Source: Amoebophrya sp. A120 (lineage: Eukaryota > Protista > Dinoflagellata). Taken from it: a stretch of 64,000 bases of DNA. The notes below the pieces were generated by a model. That model was not told the origin of the DNA. It did not search any database and was given only the letters and a program-made list of their open reading frames with translations. The stretch spans positions 3,807,420 to 3,871,419 of the forward strand of contig CAJINV010000008.1 in the NCBI GenBank assembly GCA_905178155.1, given 5' to 3'. Position numbers and translations under genes: made by a program. Positions 13,463 to 25,416 of the stretch are shown here, piece by piece (position 1 is the stretch's first letter; every line of letters begins with the position of its first letter).

Positions 13463-14260
13463 ATGTCGGACCGCAAGGGTTGCAAGGTGTTTGTGCACAA
13501 CCTGCCGTATGGTATGCACGAAGAGGACGTAAAGGATGTTTTCGGGGACGAAGCGAAGCACATCGTCGAGGTGTACGTCATGAAGGGTTACGACGGAAAG
13601 CCCAAGGGTATGGCATCTGTGGAGTTCAAGACCGCGGATGACGCACAGTATGGATATGTTTTTTGGCTTGCTCATGCTGTGTTGTAGAGGTAGCTGTACC
13701 TCCTCCTCCTCCATAGAAGTAAGGAAATTTTGTGCTGAAGATTGGATATTATATCGTGCAGGAGAACATGTTGCTGCAATGAACTGGTGGTCCTGCTGGA
13801 GGTGCTGCCCACCCTGGAAAATCAACTCCAGCATCGCGATATTGTGGTTTATCTATATGAATATGACAAGAAAAGGCATGCTACAGCTGCTACTCGCTTG
13901 CTGTACCTAGTAGACCTGCGCATGGTATCAATTATTAAGGTGAATACTAAAAAAGCCTGTAATGTAAATGTTGTCCACTTCCACCGCAGGTACTGCATCG
14001 ACAAGTTGGACAAGACCGAGGTGCAGGGGCGCCGCATCACCGTCCGTGAGGATCGCGGCACGGGCTACATACACCCCGACAGCAAGGGGAAGGACAAGGG
14101 GAAGGGCAAGCGCGGGGACTCTCGCGGCCGCGGAAAGGGTGGCTACGGTGGTGGATACGGCCGTTACGAGGAACGTGGACGCGGTCGGCGTGGGGAGTCC
14201 CGCGACAGGCGCCGCCGCTCTTCCGGCGGAGGTCGCTCCCGTTCCCGCGGCCGCCGCTAA
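13463..14260 (+). CDS. Single-RRM RNA-binding protein with RGG/RS-rich tail (GBP/SR-like), 151 aa
   Basis: Exons 13463-13647 and 13990-14260, GT-AG intron 13648-13989. RNP2 VFVHNLP, RNP1 KGMASVEF, then GRRITVREDR and an RG/RS tail. Confidence 0.88.
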
Positions 14261-15205
14261 ACACGAAAGAACCGCCATATAATTACGGGCAGTTTTTAGT
14301 ATTGGTAAAAAAGGAGAAGCCATAAGGTGTAGATGAAGAGCTATGGATAAAAATTCTTGAGTGGTTTTGCTGAAGAAGGGGCTGACTTCTGACACGGAGG
14401 CTTCGAAAACCGCCATACGAGACGAGACCACTTGCAAGAACAATAAGAACCGAGATTAGAAGACTATTGGTCAACATCTTCACAGCAGCAGCAGTGCAAT
14501 TTACTACAGGATATGAGTTACCACCAACAGGGTATGATCTTTCTGTTGGTGTTGCGCGTGATCAGGAACGAGCTACAGCCTAAACACTACCCTAGCTGTA
14601 GTTACCTCAATGATGACAAAGCGACAATTTGGCGCTACATCTTCAAACTCAAAGCTTGACCAGAGAAGATGAAAAGACAACGATGTTGATCATTGAGAAT
14701 AAGCGCGACCTCCAAGAATCTTTTTTGCTTCTGTTTGAAAAATTTTCAACTACCCCTTTGTATTGAGCGTACTAAATTTCAAATGTCTTCTGACGCCGTC
14801 GTTTGTCTGATGGACTACCGAGGAGCTTCATTGTGGTCAATTATGGTCTTGATGCTCCCATCAATAGAAATAGTGTGCTGGTGTTCTTGTTGGCCTGAGT
14901 AGCACCACTAGGTGTACATCCGGGTGTGACCATGCGCGAGAGAAAGGAGAAAAAGGACAACCAAGACGAGCAAACCGTATTACTTTCGTTTATTTTCTTT
15001 ACTTCGAGAGCAGGACGTGCCGCCACTGCTAGAGACTAGATCTAGAACTGCGGGCCGTATTATAGTGCCCGTGGTGAATCTTCGTCTTCCGCGCTCGCGC
15101 ATGCACGTGCCATTATTTGCAGCAGAGAATGTGAGCACTCTTCTTGGTTCATCAGCGTCAGCCACGCGACTTTTTTTTATTTACAAATACTAGAAAAACG
15201 AAAAG

Positions 15206-16313
15206 ATGCAAGTGATCCTCGAGAACGCGAGCGCGGAGCTGTCGAACGACGTTTTGTCCCGTTTCCAGGAAAACTTCCGGCTGCTCGACACCAACAAGGA
15301 CAGCAAGTTGAGCCACAAGGAGGTTGGGATTCTGCTTCGCGCCTTCGGGCAGAACCCCACAGATGAGGATCTCAGCACGATGCTGCAGGACTTACCCGCA
15401 CTCGTGGACTTCGACCAGTTTTGCGAATTCTTTAAAGCAAACTACGCATTGCAAATATGTCTGGGTCTGGAAGGGAGGCTGCGAACTTGTGATGCGTGTT
15501 GCGCATCCTGCAAAAATCAGTGTTGCATGGCTTGCAAAAGACGCCTATTTCTGGCCATACTGAGAGGGCGTTTCTCATGCGGAATAGGCATCACTAAGGG
15601 GCTGCAGAACCTGTGATGTTGGGCCCTGCATTTCAGACTTGGCGGAGCTTGGACAAACAGCATGACAAATCTCGGAACCTTCCAGACCCCGACATATTTG
15701 CATTTCATACAAACTACCGCCCGCCAATATCCGAGGACGTACTCGTGCAGGCTTTTCAGGTACTACACAGATTATACCTGCGATAAAATGGAACTTGAGA
15801 GGACATGATGCGCCAAGATAGAGAACGTGATGGCCTCCACCATAATGGTAGGCTGTGCTCTACTTCGGACTTACCACGACAAGCGCTAGTGATGTGCAGC
15901 TACTCGATGATGAGATAAGGAGTAAGAATAACGAACTGCACACTCACATCAAATGGTGGCTCTCGAGCATGACAACCTTCATTCAACAACCCTATCTAGG
16001 TGTTCGACGTAACCGACAAAGGAGTACTAAACGTCGAAAAGTTTAAGGACGTTATGGCCAGTCTTGGGGAACCGCTTCCGATATCACAAATCGCAGAGAT
16101 TATGAACGAGGTATGTTGATGTTGATGTCTCTATTGAAGTGAATAAACTCAAAATTGAAGAACTACTAGGATGCAAATTATTTGGTCGTGTGTCAGCGCC
16201 AGCGCGTTGTTCTAAAAACACACAAGGTTGACGTCGACGACGACGGAAATTTTGACTACGTTGCATTAGCGAAGACGCTTTGCCAAGGACCAAAGGGACT
16301 GCCGATTCACTAG
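15206..16313 (+). CDS. Calmodulin-like / myosin light chain-like EF-hand protein, 159 aa
   Basis: Exons 15206-15442, 15715-15759, 16000-16110, 16227-16313. Motifs FRLLDTNKDSKL, LRAFGQNPT, AFQVFDVTDKGVL, SLGEPL, VDVDDDGNFDY. One TIR element and two GT-AG introns. Confidence 0.9.
15443..15709. mobile_element. Introner-like TIR element, family B (left end TAC)
   Basis: Direct repeat CAAAC at 15438-15442 and 15710-15714; TGCAAATATGTCTGGGTCTGGAAGG ... CCTTCCAGACCCCGACATATTTGCA. Removal gives KAN|YRPPISEDVLVQAF. Confidence 0.92.
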
Positions 16314-17384
16314 GTGGGCTGCGATGGATAAGTAGAAGGGCGCGTGGGTTCTTGAAGTTCTTGGTCCGCACGCTGCCACGAGGTTCTTTTTTCGCCGAGC
16401 GGTTTTTTTTGCAACACGACCAACCTGAGCAGCGTATAGGCAATTCGGGGAACAGGGATCGCAGATCGTCCAAGATGAAGAGAAGAGGATCCATCGATGC
16501 AAGTCATGCCGGTTGATGTGTTCAGATTTTGCAGGAAGACAAAATTATTCCGAACCACGAGAACACAGCTGGTGCCTCATTGGAACTGATGAAAAGGAAA
16601 ATTGTCCTCGTCGAGAATACAGCAGCAAGGGCATTGCTAGGAGTTACAACAGGAAAGCGCCACTGTGCTCCTGCGTGACAGGGGCGAAAGTGGAAGAATA
16701 TTAAATGAGCAACAGCTACCTACACCTATTCGCAAGATAGTACCTGGTGGTTGAGGATCGTGTTGCATCCCGTCGTTTCTCGTCACAAATGCAAGAAGAC
16801 CAAAACAAGGATTTGGCTTCGCGTGTGAGTGTGTAGCGATTGATCTTTAAGAACCGACGGGACCCATTTATTTATTAGTGGTGAGCGAATCTTCTTCTTC
16901 AACGCAGAATGAAAGGACCCTCTTCTAACATAACAACATATCGCCGCCAACGAACATGATCGCCATCGTCTTTTACGACTCTTCATTGTCCAATCAGTGA
17001 ATATATTCATCGCTCTTGTTGTGTCGCGTGTCGCTCATCGTATCTGCATTCGGGTCGCTACTTCGGAGTAACAGCTTGTTTACATTCATTTTGTGTTGAC
17101 GATCGTTCGTTCTTTCAGTCGCTTCGCCCTGTGGTCGTGTCAGTTCGATTCAATTTCAAACACAAAGCCAAAGGTGGAGCAAGAGATTGTAAAGTTAAAG
17201 TGTTAAAAATAGCCTTAGCCTTGCAAGTGGGCTAAAGTCGCATCGCCTTCGTATATCGATTCTACATCAATGGATCGATAAACCCAATCTGCAGTCTCCA
17301 CTATCCGCTCACCACCGTCAAGGTGCAGCTTCGTCCACTTCGTACAAGAACAAAACTTACTTTTGGAACAAGCGCTAAAGCAAA

Positions 17385-20300
17385 ATGAGCGAAAGTGATC
17401 TGTTGTGCTCGGAGGAGCACGAGCAGGGTCGTCCGCAACGCGGCTCGGAGGAACACGAAACTCGATTCGCTTGGGGCGGAGACGGGTACAATCATGAAAG
17501 TGAAACAATCGCGGGAGGCAGCAAGCGGGACAAGGCCGCTCGTGCGCGCTTTTGCCTGCTGACTGCGGTGTGCTGTCTAGTGTTTGCAGGGTACGTCGTT
17601 CCGCGCTTGAAGAGTCATTTTAACTTGACCCGCAACCTCCTTTCTCGAGCTGACGGCCGAAACAAGAAGCACCGGAACGATCATGCAGACTACACTGCTC
17701 ACGGGGGCGAGGAGCAGATGAAGAAGGCGCGCAGTGCAGCTGCTGCCCGGAACGCCGAACAAGGTGAGAGTTCTTCGGAAAGAACTGCTAGTGCATCTAC
17801 TTCCTCGGCCGGGGGCACCACTACTTCTAGGACATCAAGAACGATCTCGAACTCGCAAAGCGAAACCAGTGGTCCCGACCAAAAGACCACGGAACTCGAC
17901 GACCAGCTGAAGGAGGATATCTCTCTGAATGACGACGCCCTGCGATATTTGTGCGGCGGGCAAAGTGTGTTCTTTTCCCCAGCAGGAGCAGCTGCTCCTA
18001 CAACTCCAACCCCAGGAACGACAGAGATGTTGTATTTCGCGCTGCCGTTTGGGAAGGACCTGGACGCAAGTTTCGGCCTCTGTTGGGAGCACTTCTCCGC
18101 GAAAGTGCCCGCGCTCGATTGGGAGTACTTTGAAGGTATTTTCAATTCCAGCCCCGTGGTGACCCCGGAAGAGGAGGTCGCGACGGGAAAAAGCCGAGAC
18201 GACATCCAGAGCATGTTTGACACCAGCGGGCCCATCCGGCACTGGTACCCGTTTCAAGAAAAATCCCGCCTCGACGTCGCTCCTGCCGCTGCAGAGCATA
18301 GAGCCGCCGTCGACGGACAGGTGTCCGGCGTAGGAGCGGTTGGGTCGCACCCATCTTCCCCAGGAAAAAGAGTTGTAGATGACGCGGTCCAGTTGCGAGA
18401 ACGGAAGACCGAACTCCTGGATGGTTTCCGCATGTATCCCGAAAATGGAATCACCGCCATGTACGTTCTGCTGATCGACCCGCAGACGCAAAAGGTGGTG
18501 TGGCACGCTATGACTTGCTGAAACGTTACAATCTCAAACGTTGCAATAGAGTCTGGAATTTGATGTGTTGCATGATGGGCATGACAGACTCGCACAGCGT
18601 TCCACCTTTTGCAATACAAATTTCCCCAGATAATTGTAGTGGGGTTTGGAGCTCCGGAACTTGTCATGCGCAACCCTATGAGAGCTGGCTAGATCGTGCT
18701 CATCATGCAAGACAAGTCTCAGATTCTATTGTAACGTTTGAGATTGTAACACCTGAGCGGCTTATACACGCGACCTGGCAGCACCCCGAAAACGACTTCT
18801 CGTTCCGCACCGGGTACCTGTGGACGCTGCAAACCGCGAAGGCGTTTCGGGGAAGAGGCTTGTGCAAAGCCGGGGTGCAGCAGACGTTCGCGGTCATGCA
18901 GCGACTGTACAACAGCCCACGCAGCGCGAAGTACTTGCAACAGGTCTTTCCAAAAGAGTACGAAACAAATAGGGCGCAGCTGCTCACCAGACAAGCACGA
19001 GATGACCCGGCAGACGAGACGCACTTTTTGAAAAAGCTGCTGATCACGGATGGCAGCTGGCTGACCGTCTCCTACGACTTCAAGGACTGGAATGAGGTGG
19101 ACACGCGGCTGCCCACCCAAGCCGAGCTGGCCGCGCAGCGGTGGCTTCCGCCGGGGCACCGCGCGATGGCCCCGGGGGTGCTGGAAAATACCATCTGGAA
19201 GTACACCAAGGACGAGCCCTTCCACCTGTACCTGATCGACAACTACGCCCCCGTGGACCTGGGCGCGTTTGCACCAGCGCCCGTCGTAGTTCCAGCTGCA
19301 CCTTCTACTCCGGTAGGACCGACCGAGCAGATGAAGGACGACGAAAATCGTAAAGATCATGATTTGGAGCCAGAGCCGACTGCTGCCGTGATGTTTCAGG
19401 CGGTGAAGAATCACCCACAGCCGATCGACGGAATCGCGAACACGTTTGCGTTATGAACTGCAAAAGTATCGTGGTACTCCTAGGAATTGCAGTCATGCAT
19501 TACAAATCTCCATCCCAGGTTAAAACAGCATGACAAATGGAAGTATTGCAATTTCTACGGTGGAAGTGCGATGCTTTTGCAATGCATATGCGTGTCCCTG
19601 CTACCGTGCCCCCTGGAAGGAAGGAAACTACGGAGAACCGGCCTTACTGTTGAGCAGTTTCGGCCCCCAGAAAATCGGGCTGGAGATGCAGAAGGACGCA
19701 GTTCTTCTTGCAACTTCGTCCTCTTCAGTGACGGCAGGAGCTGCTGGCTCCGCCTTGCCCCCCGCCGGCCGTGGCGGAGGACCTGATAGTACGAACGAGA
19801 GCGACGTCGCTGTGAAAGATACGCACCAGATGAAGACTACACTCGTCCCGGACCGTCCAGATCATGGTGGAGTAAAGTTACCAATTAGAAGCAGTAGTAC
19901 CGACGGGGACAGCGACATCGTTACTGAAACGGTGCAGGACTGGCGGCCCACGTACGTGTACGACATGCCGAAGTTTGGCGCAACCACCGTCCAGCAGAAT
20001 CGCCTTCCGGCCATCCCCGAGACGGATTGGGTCACCAACGACGAGTCCGTGCTGCCGCAGCAGCAGGAAACCGCCCGCGAGCTGCAGCGCCGGGCCTGGC
20101 GCGAGGCGGAGGTCGCGCGCGAGGCGGCCGAGAACAGCTTCGCCGGGGTATCAAAATGAAAAATCCCCCCACCCCATACTCAAACCAGAAATTTGTGATG
20201 CAGATTTGTGGTCACAAATCAGCTTTGTCATGCTAGAACGGAAAAGATGCGGACTGTAGTGCTGGTTGGCGTGGGAAAGCCTTGCATCTTCAGCATGACA

Positions 20301-20896
20301 GGGGGCAGCTGGAAGTGGGAAACAGCATGACAAATTACCTGCAAACGAGGCCACAGCTGCGTCTCTTGGCCTTCTAGCATTATAAGTCGATTTGTCTACT
20401 CAAATACAGCATCACAAATTTAATTTTCGATATGGGGAGGGGGGATTTTCCCTTTCAATACGGGGAGGAGCATGCCTTCCTGACCGCGAAGAACGCAGGG
20501 CCGGAAACGCTTTCGATCTACAAACCCGCTGGCGACGCGGTGAAGGCCGACAAGCAGGCCATGAATGATTTTCTCGCGACCGCCACGCCCGAGCAGCTGC
20601 GGCAGGTGGCGCCCCTCTCATCTCCCCGTGTTGAAGAAGATGGTGTCGGAGGTCGTGGTGGGGAAACCGGACGAGGAGGTGATGCTGATGGAGATGAACG
20701 AGGCGGTCCTTCATCGTTCGAGGAAAAAATCCTGCCAACTGTGCAAGTTGTGGGCGCGCCAAAAACTTCATCACAAAATCAAGGAGAATCCTCGACCACA
20801 GAAGACGCACCCGCAGCGCACGAAGACGAACAAGAAACGGCCACCGCTCCAGGAAAAGCAACAGCAATGTCGAAAACCAGCCGTGGACATGAGTGA
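17385..20896 (+). CDS. Membrane-anchored protein with GNAT acetyltransferase-like motif, 929 aa
   Basis: Exons 17385-18508, 18772-19451, 19594-20148, 20466-20896, joined by three TIR elements (2790 nt, in frame). N-terminal hydrophobic segment FCLLTAVCCLVFAGYVV; GYLWTLQTAKAFRGRGLCK resembles GNAT motif A. Confidence 0.7.
18509..18766. mobile_element. Introner-like TIR element, family C
   Basis: Direct repeat CACGC at 18504-18508 and 18767-18771; ends TAT...ATA; subterminal inverted repeat GTTACAATCTCAAACGTT(G/A)CAATAGA(G/A)TCTG (29/31). Removal gives VVWHA|TWQHP. Confidence 0.9.
19452..19588. mobile_element. Introner-like TIR element, family A (probably inverted orientation)
   Basis: Direct repeat TGCGT at 19447-19451 and 19589-19593; TATGAACTGCAAAAGTATCG ... 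CGATGCTTTTGCAATGCATA. Removal gives NTFA|CPCYRAPW. Confidence 0.9.
20149..20460. mobile_element. Introner-like TIR element, family D
   Basis: Direct repeat CGGGG at 20144-20148 and 20461-20465; inverted repeat AAAATCCCCCC(A/T)CCCCATA (18/19) plus inner AAATTTGTGATGC/GCATCACAAATTT. Removal gives SFAG|EEHAFL. Confidence 0.9.
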
Positions 20897-22053
20897 CGCC
20901 GTTTTGTCGCATGGTGTACGGCTGGGATGAAGAGACGTGCTTTATGCAGCCAGGGGTAAGCACGCATGGCTACCGGCAGTGAGTAAGAGTATTTAATGAA
21001 TTGATTCATTTATCGCTAAAGTCAAAGGAAAGCTGAAAAACTAAGTCTCTCTAAGGCTAGTAATGTCGCAGTTGTAAAAAGAACCGAGTTACAAACGAAA
21101 ATTGGAAAAGTCATATACTTGTACTGAATAGCACCCGCCCAATGGTATCTGTTTTCTCCAAACTCACTCGACTGTACCAATTGATCCTGCTTCCTGCTAC
21201 GCTGTAAGTATCTAGTCAGACCACGACGAGCCACGAGGGACGTAAGTACACGTATTATTTGATTTCGTTTCTCTTTGTTCATCGTGGGGATTTACCGAAT
21301 GTTTGTAAAAAAATGAAATGAAAAATCCACGTTGCTTCTATCCCACCCTGTTTGTAATTGTATGATGAAAAGAAAAAGATAAAGATGATAAGAATTTTAA
21401 CCTAGCCATATTGGAACTTTGTATGGAAAGGTTGATTTGCACTTGCGTCTGCATCTAGCTACCTAACGAAGGTCCCAGCAGCAGCCTTTGTGTTTGATGC
21501 GCATGCAATTGGTCTCCGATACCGATGTTTCTCGCGGCCGCCGAAAACTGCATGATCACCATCGCGTCTTACGACGTCGGTTGGCCATAGCTTTGGAAAA
21601 TTCGTTGCAGTGTCGGTTGCTTAATGTGGTGTGCTCGTGAACTTCTGCAGAAGCCAGCTCGTTGATCAGCGGGAAATGAGACCTTCTCTAAGATGGAATT
21701 GAAACTGATAAACCGGAAGGTTGGGTCTCTTTTTCGCATCGCGTCGCGGGTCGTTTTGTTGATCGCGAAAAAGAAAATATGCGATCGTTCCCTGTCGACG
21801 TTGAAGTTCATGATCGTCATCGTTTTTAGTTCCTTCAGCCACCTCGCTCTGTCGTCTGTCATCCTGGTCGTAACGCCCTCGCGATTCAATAAGAACAAAC
21901 ACTCTTTGTCCACGGAAGTAGTTGCGGCATCGTGTACTAGCCGAACGATCAGGTTTTTTGACAATGCCGGCATCTTTTATTTTGTTTTGAAAGAGGAGGA
22001 GGACAGTAAAACTAAAAGAAGAAGAACATTCATAAGAATATACTAATTTGAAA

Positions 22054-24258
22054 ATGGAGGTCACCCTTCGCATTCGTGCCGGGCTCCGTGGTGGACAGGA
22101 AAGTGAAGACTTACTGCTTCCCGTAGACCCGAAAGTTGTGGCCACAATCGGCGACCTTTCCGAGCACCTCAGCAAACACGACTACAATCTATTTCCCAAG
22201 GGGAATCTGCTCCCACCGCCGAGTTTGTTTCGGTGGATGAAGAGACCGTTTGGAGGAGGCGATGAGCAGGAGGTCGAACATCAAGACCATCACGGGAATT
22301 TTGTCGATACCCCCGACGAGGATCGGTATCGTCTATGCTGGGCGGCCACCCCGTCGGACTGCGATTCTGCTCCAGCGGGGAGCCCCGTTCCTCGTGCAGA
22401 TGCTGATGACGAGGTGGGCGGGGAAACTACAACTAGTAGCCACGAAGATGTCGTGTTGAAGGAGAGTGACGCAATTGATTTCGAAGAATCTGATGCCGTT
22501 CTCTACCATTTGGTGATCACCGACGAGCGGTCCTACGACAAGGCGATCATTCAGTACTTAATGCGATTCCCATCAAGTGCGCAGGAGGAGGGAAGAAATC
22601 TACGAGGACAAGCGGGGAAGAACCTCCGGACAAATGAGGACGAGCTACGGGTGGAAAACCAGCATGATGAAGATGTTGAGGACGTTGAAATAACTGAAGA
22701 CGATCGGTTGCTCCGATTGATGTCGGAAGACGACCGGAAAATCTATTCCCGGTACCCATCGAGAGTTTTGCGCATGCAAAAGCTGCAGTGCTTGCTCCGT
22801 TCTGGCGTGCTTTCCAAAGTGGCGCTCCGCGAAATGCTGTACGATCAGGTCTACCTGGAGGGGATCATGACCGAGGAGGAGAATCGTGATGACTCCACGA
22901 GCGACGACGACGAACTGGTAGAGCTGCCACCCATCCCGGCGCAGTTCACCGACGCGGTTCGCTGGTGCTTTCCCGGAAAGTGGGAACTGTGGTCGACGTG
23001 GAATTTTCACTACGAGCGACACTGGGATTTGGTGCAGCTGATTCTGGAGCTGCCCGAAGCCGAGCGGCAAAAGCACGCAAAGCAGTCCGGTCAGCAGATG
23101 TTCGAGAAACGCGAGCTCCAAGTGCTTGCCATGAACGTCTTGAAGCACGTGCTGCTGAGCCACGACCCCGAATGGATTCCCGTAGGCCACGATTTACGTG
23201 GTGACTTATTCGGGCGTCCGGCTCGAGCAGGTCTTGGTGGACAACAGCAAGCAGATGGTGCTGGCCAGCACGGCCCAGCAGGGAACTTTGGGTTGTTTGG
23301 ACCTCCGCCGCCACCGGAGGACCCGCTGGTTGCCCCGACTACGCGGAGAACCCTAGTGACACTGAGGGATGACTTACCCGAAAAGTACAAGCGAATCCTG
23401 ATCCCCAAAATCCTCGTGCCCGCCCTTGAACTCGCGAAAGAAGCCAACTTCCCGCTGGCATCGTCGTCAGACGGATTTCTTCCGTTCTTCGCGGACCAAG
23501 CGGCCAGCGTCTTTATCTCGGAATTTAATCTACGGTTCCCGAAAGAACTGGACGAATTGTGCTGGAGGGGGTTCTTCCGGGCATTGTCTGCGCCGGAGCG
23601 GGAGACGTTTCTGAACCGTTTGTTTGCGGGACCACGCGAGCGATACAGGAACATTGATCATCCGGACGGTGCGCGAATGGCGGGGCCCCTGTTCGGTACC
23701 GGTGGATCGATACCGGCGAGGTGGTTTCGAATCGTGTCTGATTGTGCAGCGCGACCCTATGTGCTGCCGGAGCGACCGGCGCAGCGTCCTCGTGCTCCAG
23801 ACCCCCTGCGAACGGATTTTCGGGTCCCGAGGCCGATGCCGGTGCGCGCGGAGCGGCAGGCGGATGTGGAAGCGAGGGGGCGCTTTGCCGGCCGTCTCGC
23901 GGGAGGGCGGGGCAACGAGGGCGGGGGCGACGAGAACAACCAGGCGGGAGAAGATCGATTTACCTTCACGCACGTACTGGGTTTCATGCTGGCCGGCGCA
24001 CTGATCTTTTTCTCTGCGCTGTTCTACATACTGACGGCCATGATGCAGGAGGTGGTCAAAGCCGGGACAGAAAAGTGGAAAAATGTAATCAGTACGGCAG
24101 TGGAGCTGAAAACCACGGCTGTGAAAACTCTGACAGACTTCCCGCGAGCGGCGCTGAAGAAGGTCCTGAAGTTCTCCAGGCTCTGTTGCGGCTCCCTTGC
24201 GGAGAAAGGTTTTCGGATGATGGAGAGAAGGGTGGGCAAAAAAACGAAGGGGGTATAA
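22054..24258 (+). CDS. Hypothetical protein with a C-terminal transmembrane segment
   Basis: Uninterrupted 734-aa ORF from ATG 22054; hydrophobic VLGFMLAGALIFFSALFYILTAMM; no domain recognised. Confidence 0.7.
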   Translation: MEVTLRIRAGLRGGQESEDLLLPVDPKVVATIGDLSEHLSKHDYNLFPKGNLLPPPSLFRWMKRPFGGGDEQEVEHQDHHGNFVDTPDEDRYRLCWAATPSDCDSAPAGSPVPRADADDEVGGETTTSSHEDVVLKESDAIDFEESDAVLYHLVITDERSYDKAIIQYLMRFPSSAQEEGRNLRGQAGKNLRTNEDELRVENQHDEDVEDVEITEDDRLLRLMSEDDRKIYSRYPSRVLRMQKLQCLLRSGVLSKVALREMLYDQVYLEGIMTEEENRDDSTSDDDELVELPPIPAQFTDAVRWCFPGKWELWSTWNFHYERHWDLVQLILELPEAERQKHAKQSGQQMFEKRELQVLAMNVLKHVLLSHDPEWIPVGHDLRGDLFGRPARAGLGGQQQADGAGQHGPAGNFGLFGPPPPPEDPLVAPTTRRTLVTLRDDLPEKYKRILIPKILVPALELAKEANFPLASSSDGFLPFFADQAASVFISEFNLRFPKELDELCWRGFFRALSAPERETFLNRLFAGPRERYRNIDHPDGARMAGPLFGTGGSIPARWFRIVSDCAARPYVLPERPAQRPRAPDPLRTDFRVPRPMPVRAERQADVEARGRFAGRLAGGRGNEGGGDENNQAGEDRFTFTHVLGFMLAGALIFFSALFYILTAMMQEVVKAGTEKWKNVISTAVELKTTAVKTLTDFPRAALKKVLKFSRLCCGSLAEKGFRMMERRVGKKTKGV

Positions 24259-25416
24259 TTCGAACTCCTTGAAATGCGCGCAGACCTGCTCGCCATTTCC
24301 AACTTGATTATTCGTGAATCGAAGTGACTCAGGTCCAGGTGCGTAGTTGTAAAGTTTGTTGAGATTTTTGACAACCATTTCTATTACATCTTTTCGTGCA
24401 GAAGCTGCTTCTGCATACAGCCTGCTTCTATCTTAATATTGCTATTGGATTTATTCGCATTCGCTTTCGCATTCTATCTTGAACTACAAGTGTTTCGCAA
24501 TTGCATATTGGTTCTGGTATGCCCACCGTACTGGAAACTGAAGAAATTCTCTTGTTAGCAACTTTCTGTTTCAATCAAAACTGTACCTATGTTGTTTGCT
24601 CTCTTAGCAGTTGGTCTTGATATTCATTGCAATCGAAAAAATTATGCGAGTTTCTGCAGAATGTTTAATATCGATATCCTAGAGACAGTTTCTTATTTGA
24701 AAGTGAACTACGTATTTAGTTCGAAAGAAAAAGTAAATGGACGCGTGCGATACATGGACGCTACCGCTAGATAGGATCCACGAGTTTATTTCGCTCCCAG
24801 AAGAAAAACCTTGTCCTCGTGATTCTGATTTGATGCGCCGCAAGATTCCTTCTTTTGAAAAGTAGAGGGGGAGCAGCAACGTCAACGTGCTTGAGCTGGC
24901 GTTCCAGTTCATCGTTCGACTCGTAGCAAAAACTAAAAGATAAGGTTTTGATGTCGGTTCCAGGACAGTTGAAAAAACTCAATTTGCGGTGTTTGCTTCG
25001 TTCGTCCCGTTTTTCTTGAGGTTTTCGTACGCGTTTGCGTTTGTGCAGTTTTCGTCTCGTGCAACAAATTTCGTCCTTCTTTCGACGTAAAGACGCTTTA
25101 TGTGGTTCGTGTATCCTGGAAATTCTAGACAACGTTCACGTCCAATGAATCGCCTGGCGAGCAACTGCAGATGGAAACTATTAGAACCCGATGATGCAGC
25201 TCCAGCTTTTACCTGCACCCCGCGGTAAGTGTAAGTGTTATTTTTCGCCAATTAATAGTACATTCACTTAGAGTCAGAGAACAACTGGCATTGGCTCTCC
25301 GCAGCCAGGCTGGCTCCTGACCTGTGTTGAACATATACTCTCTCTACTTGCCCACTGCGTTCAATACTGGTCGTTACCCTCCTTAAAGGGGCACAAAAAA
25401 AATAAACCACACGACC

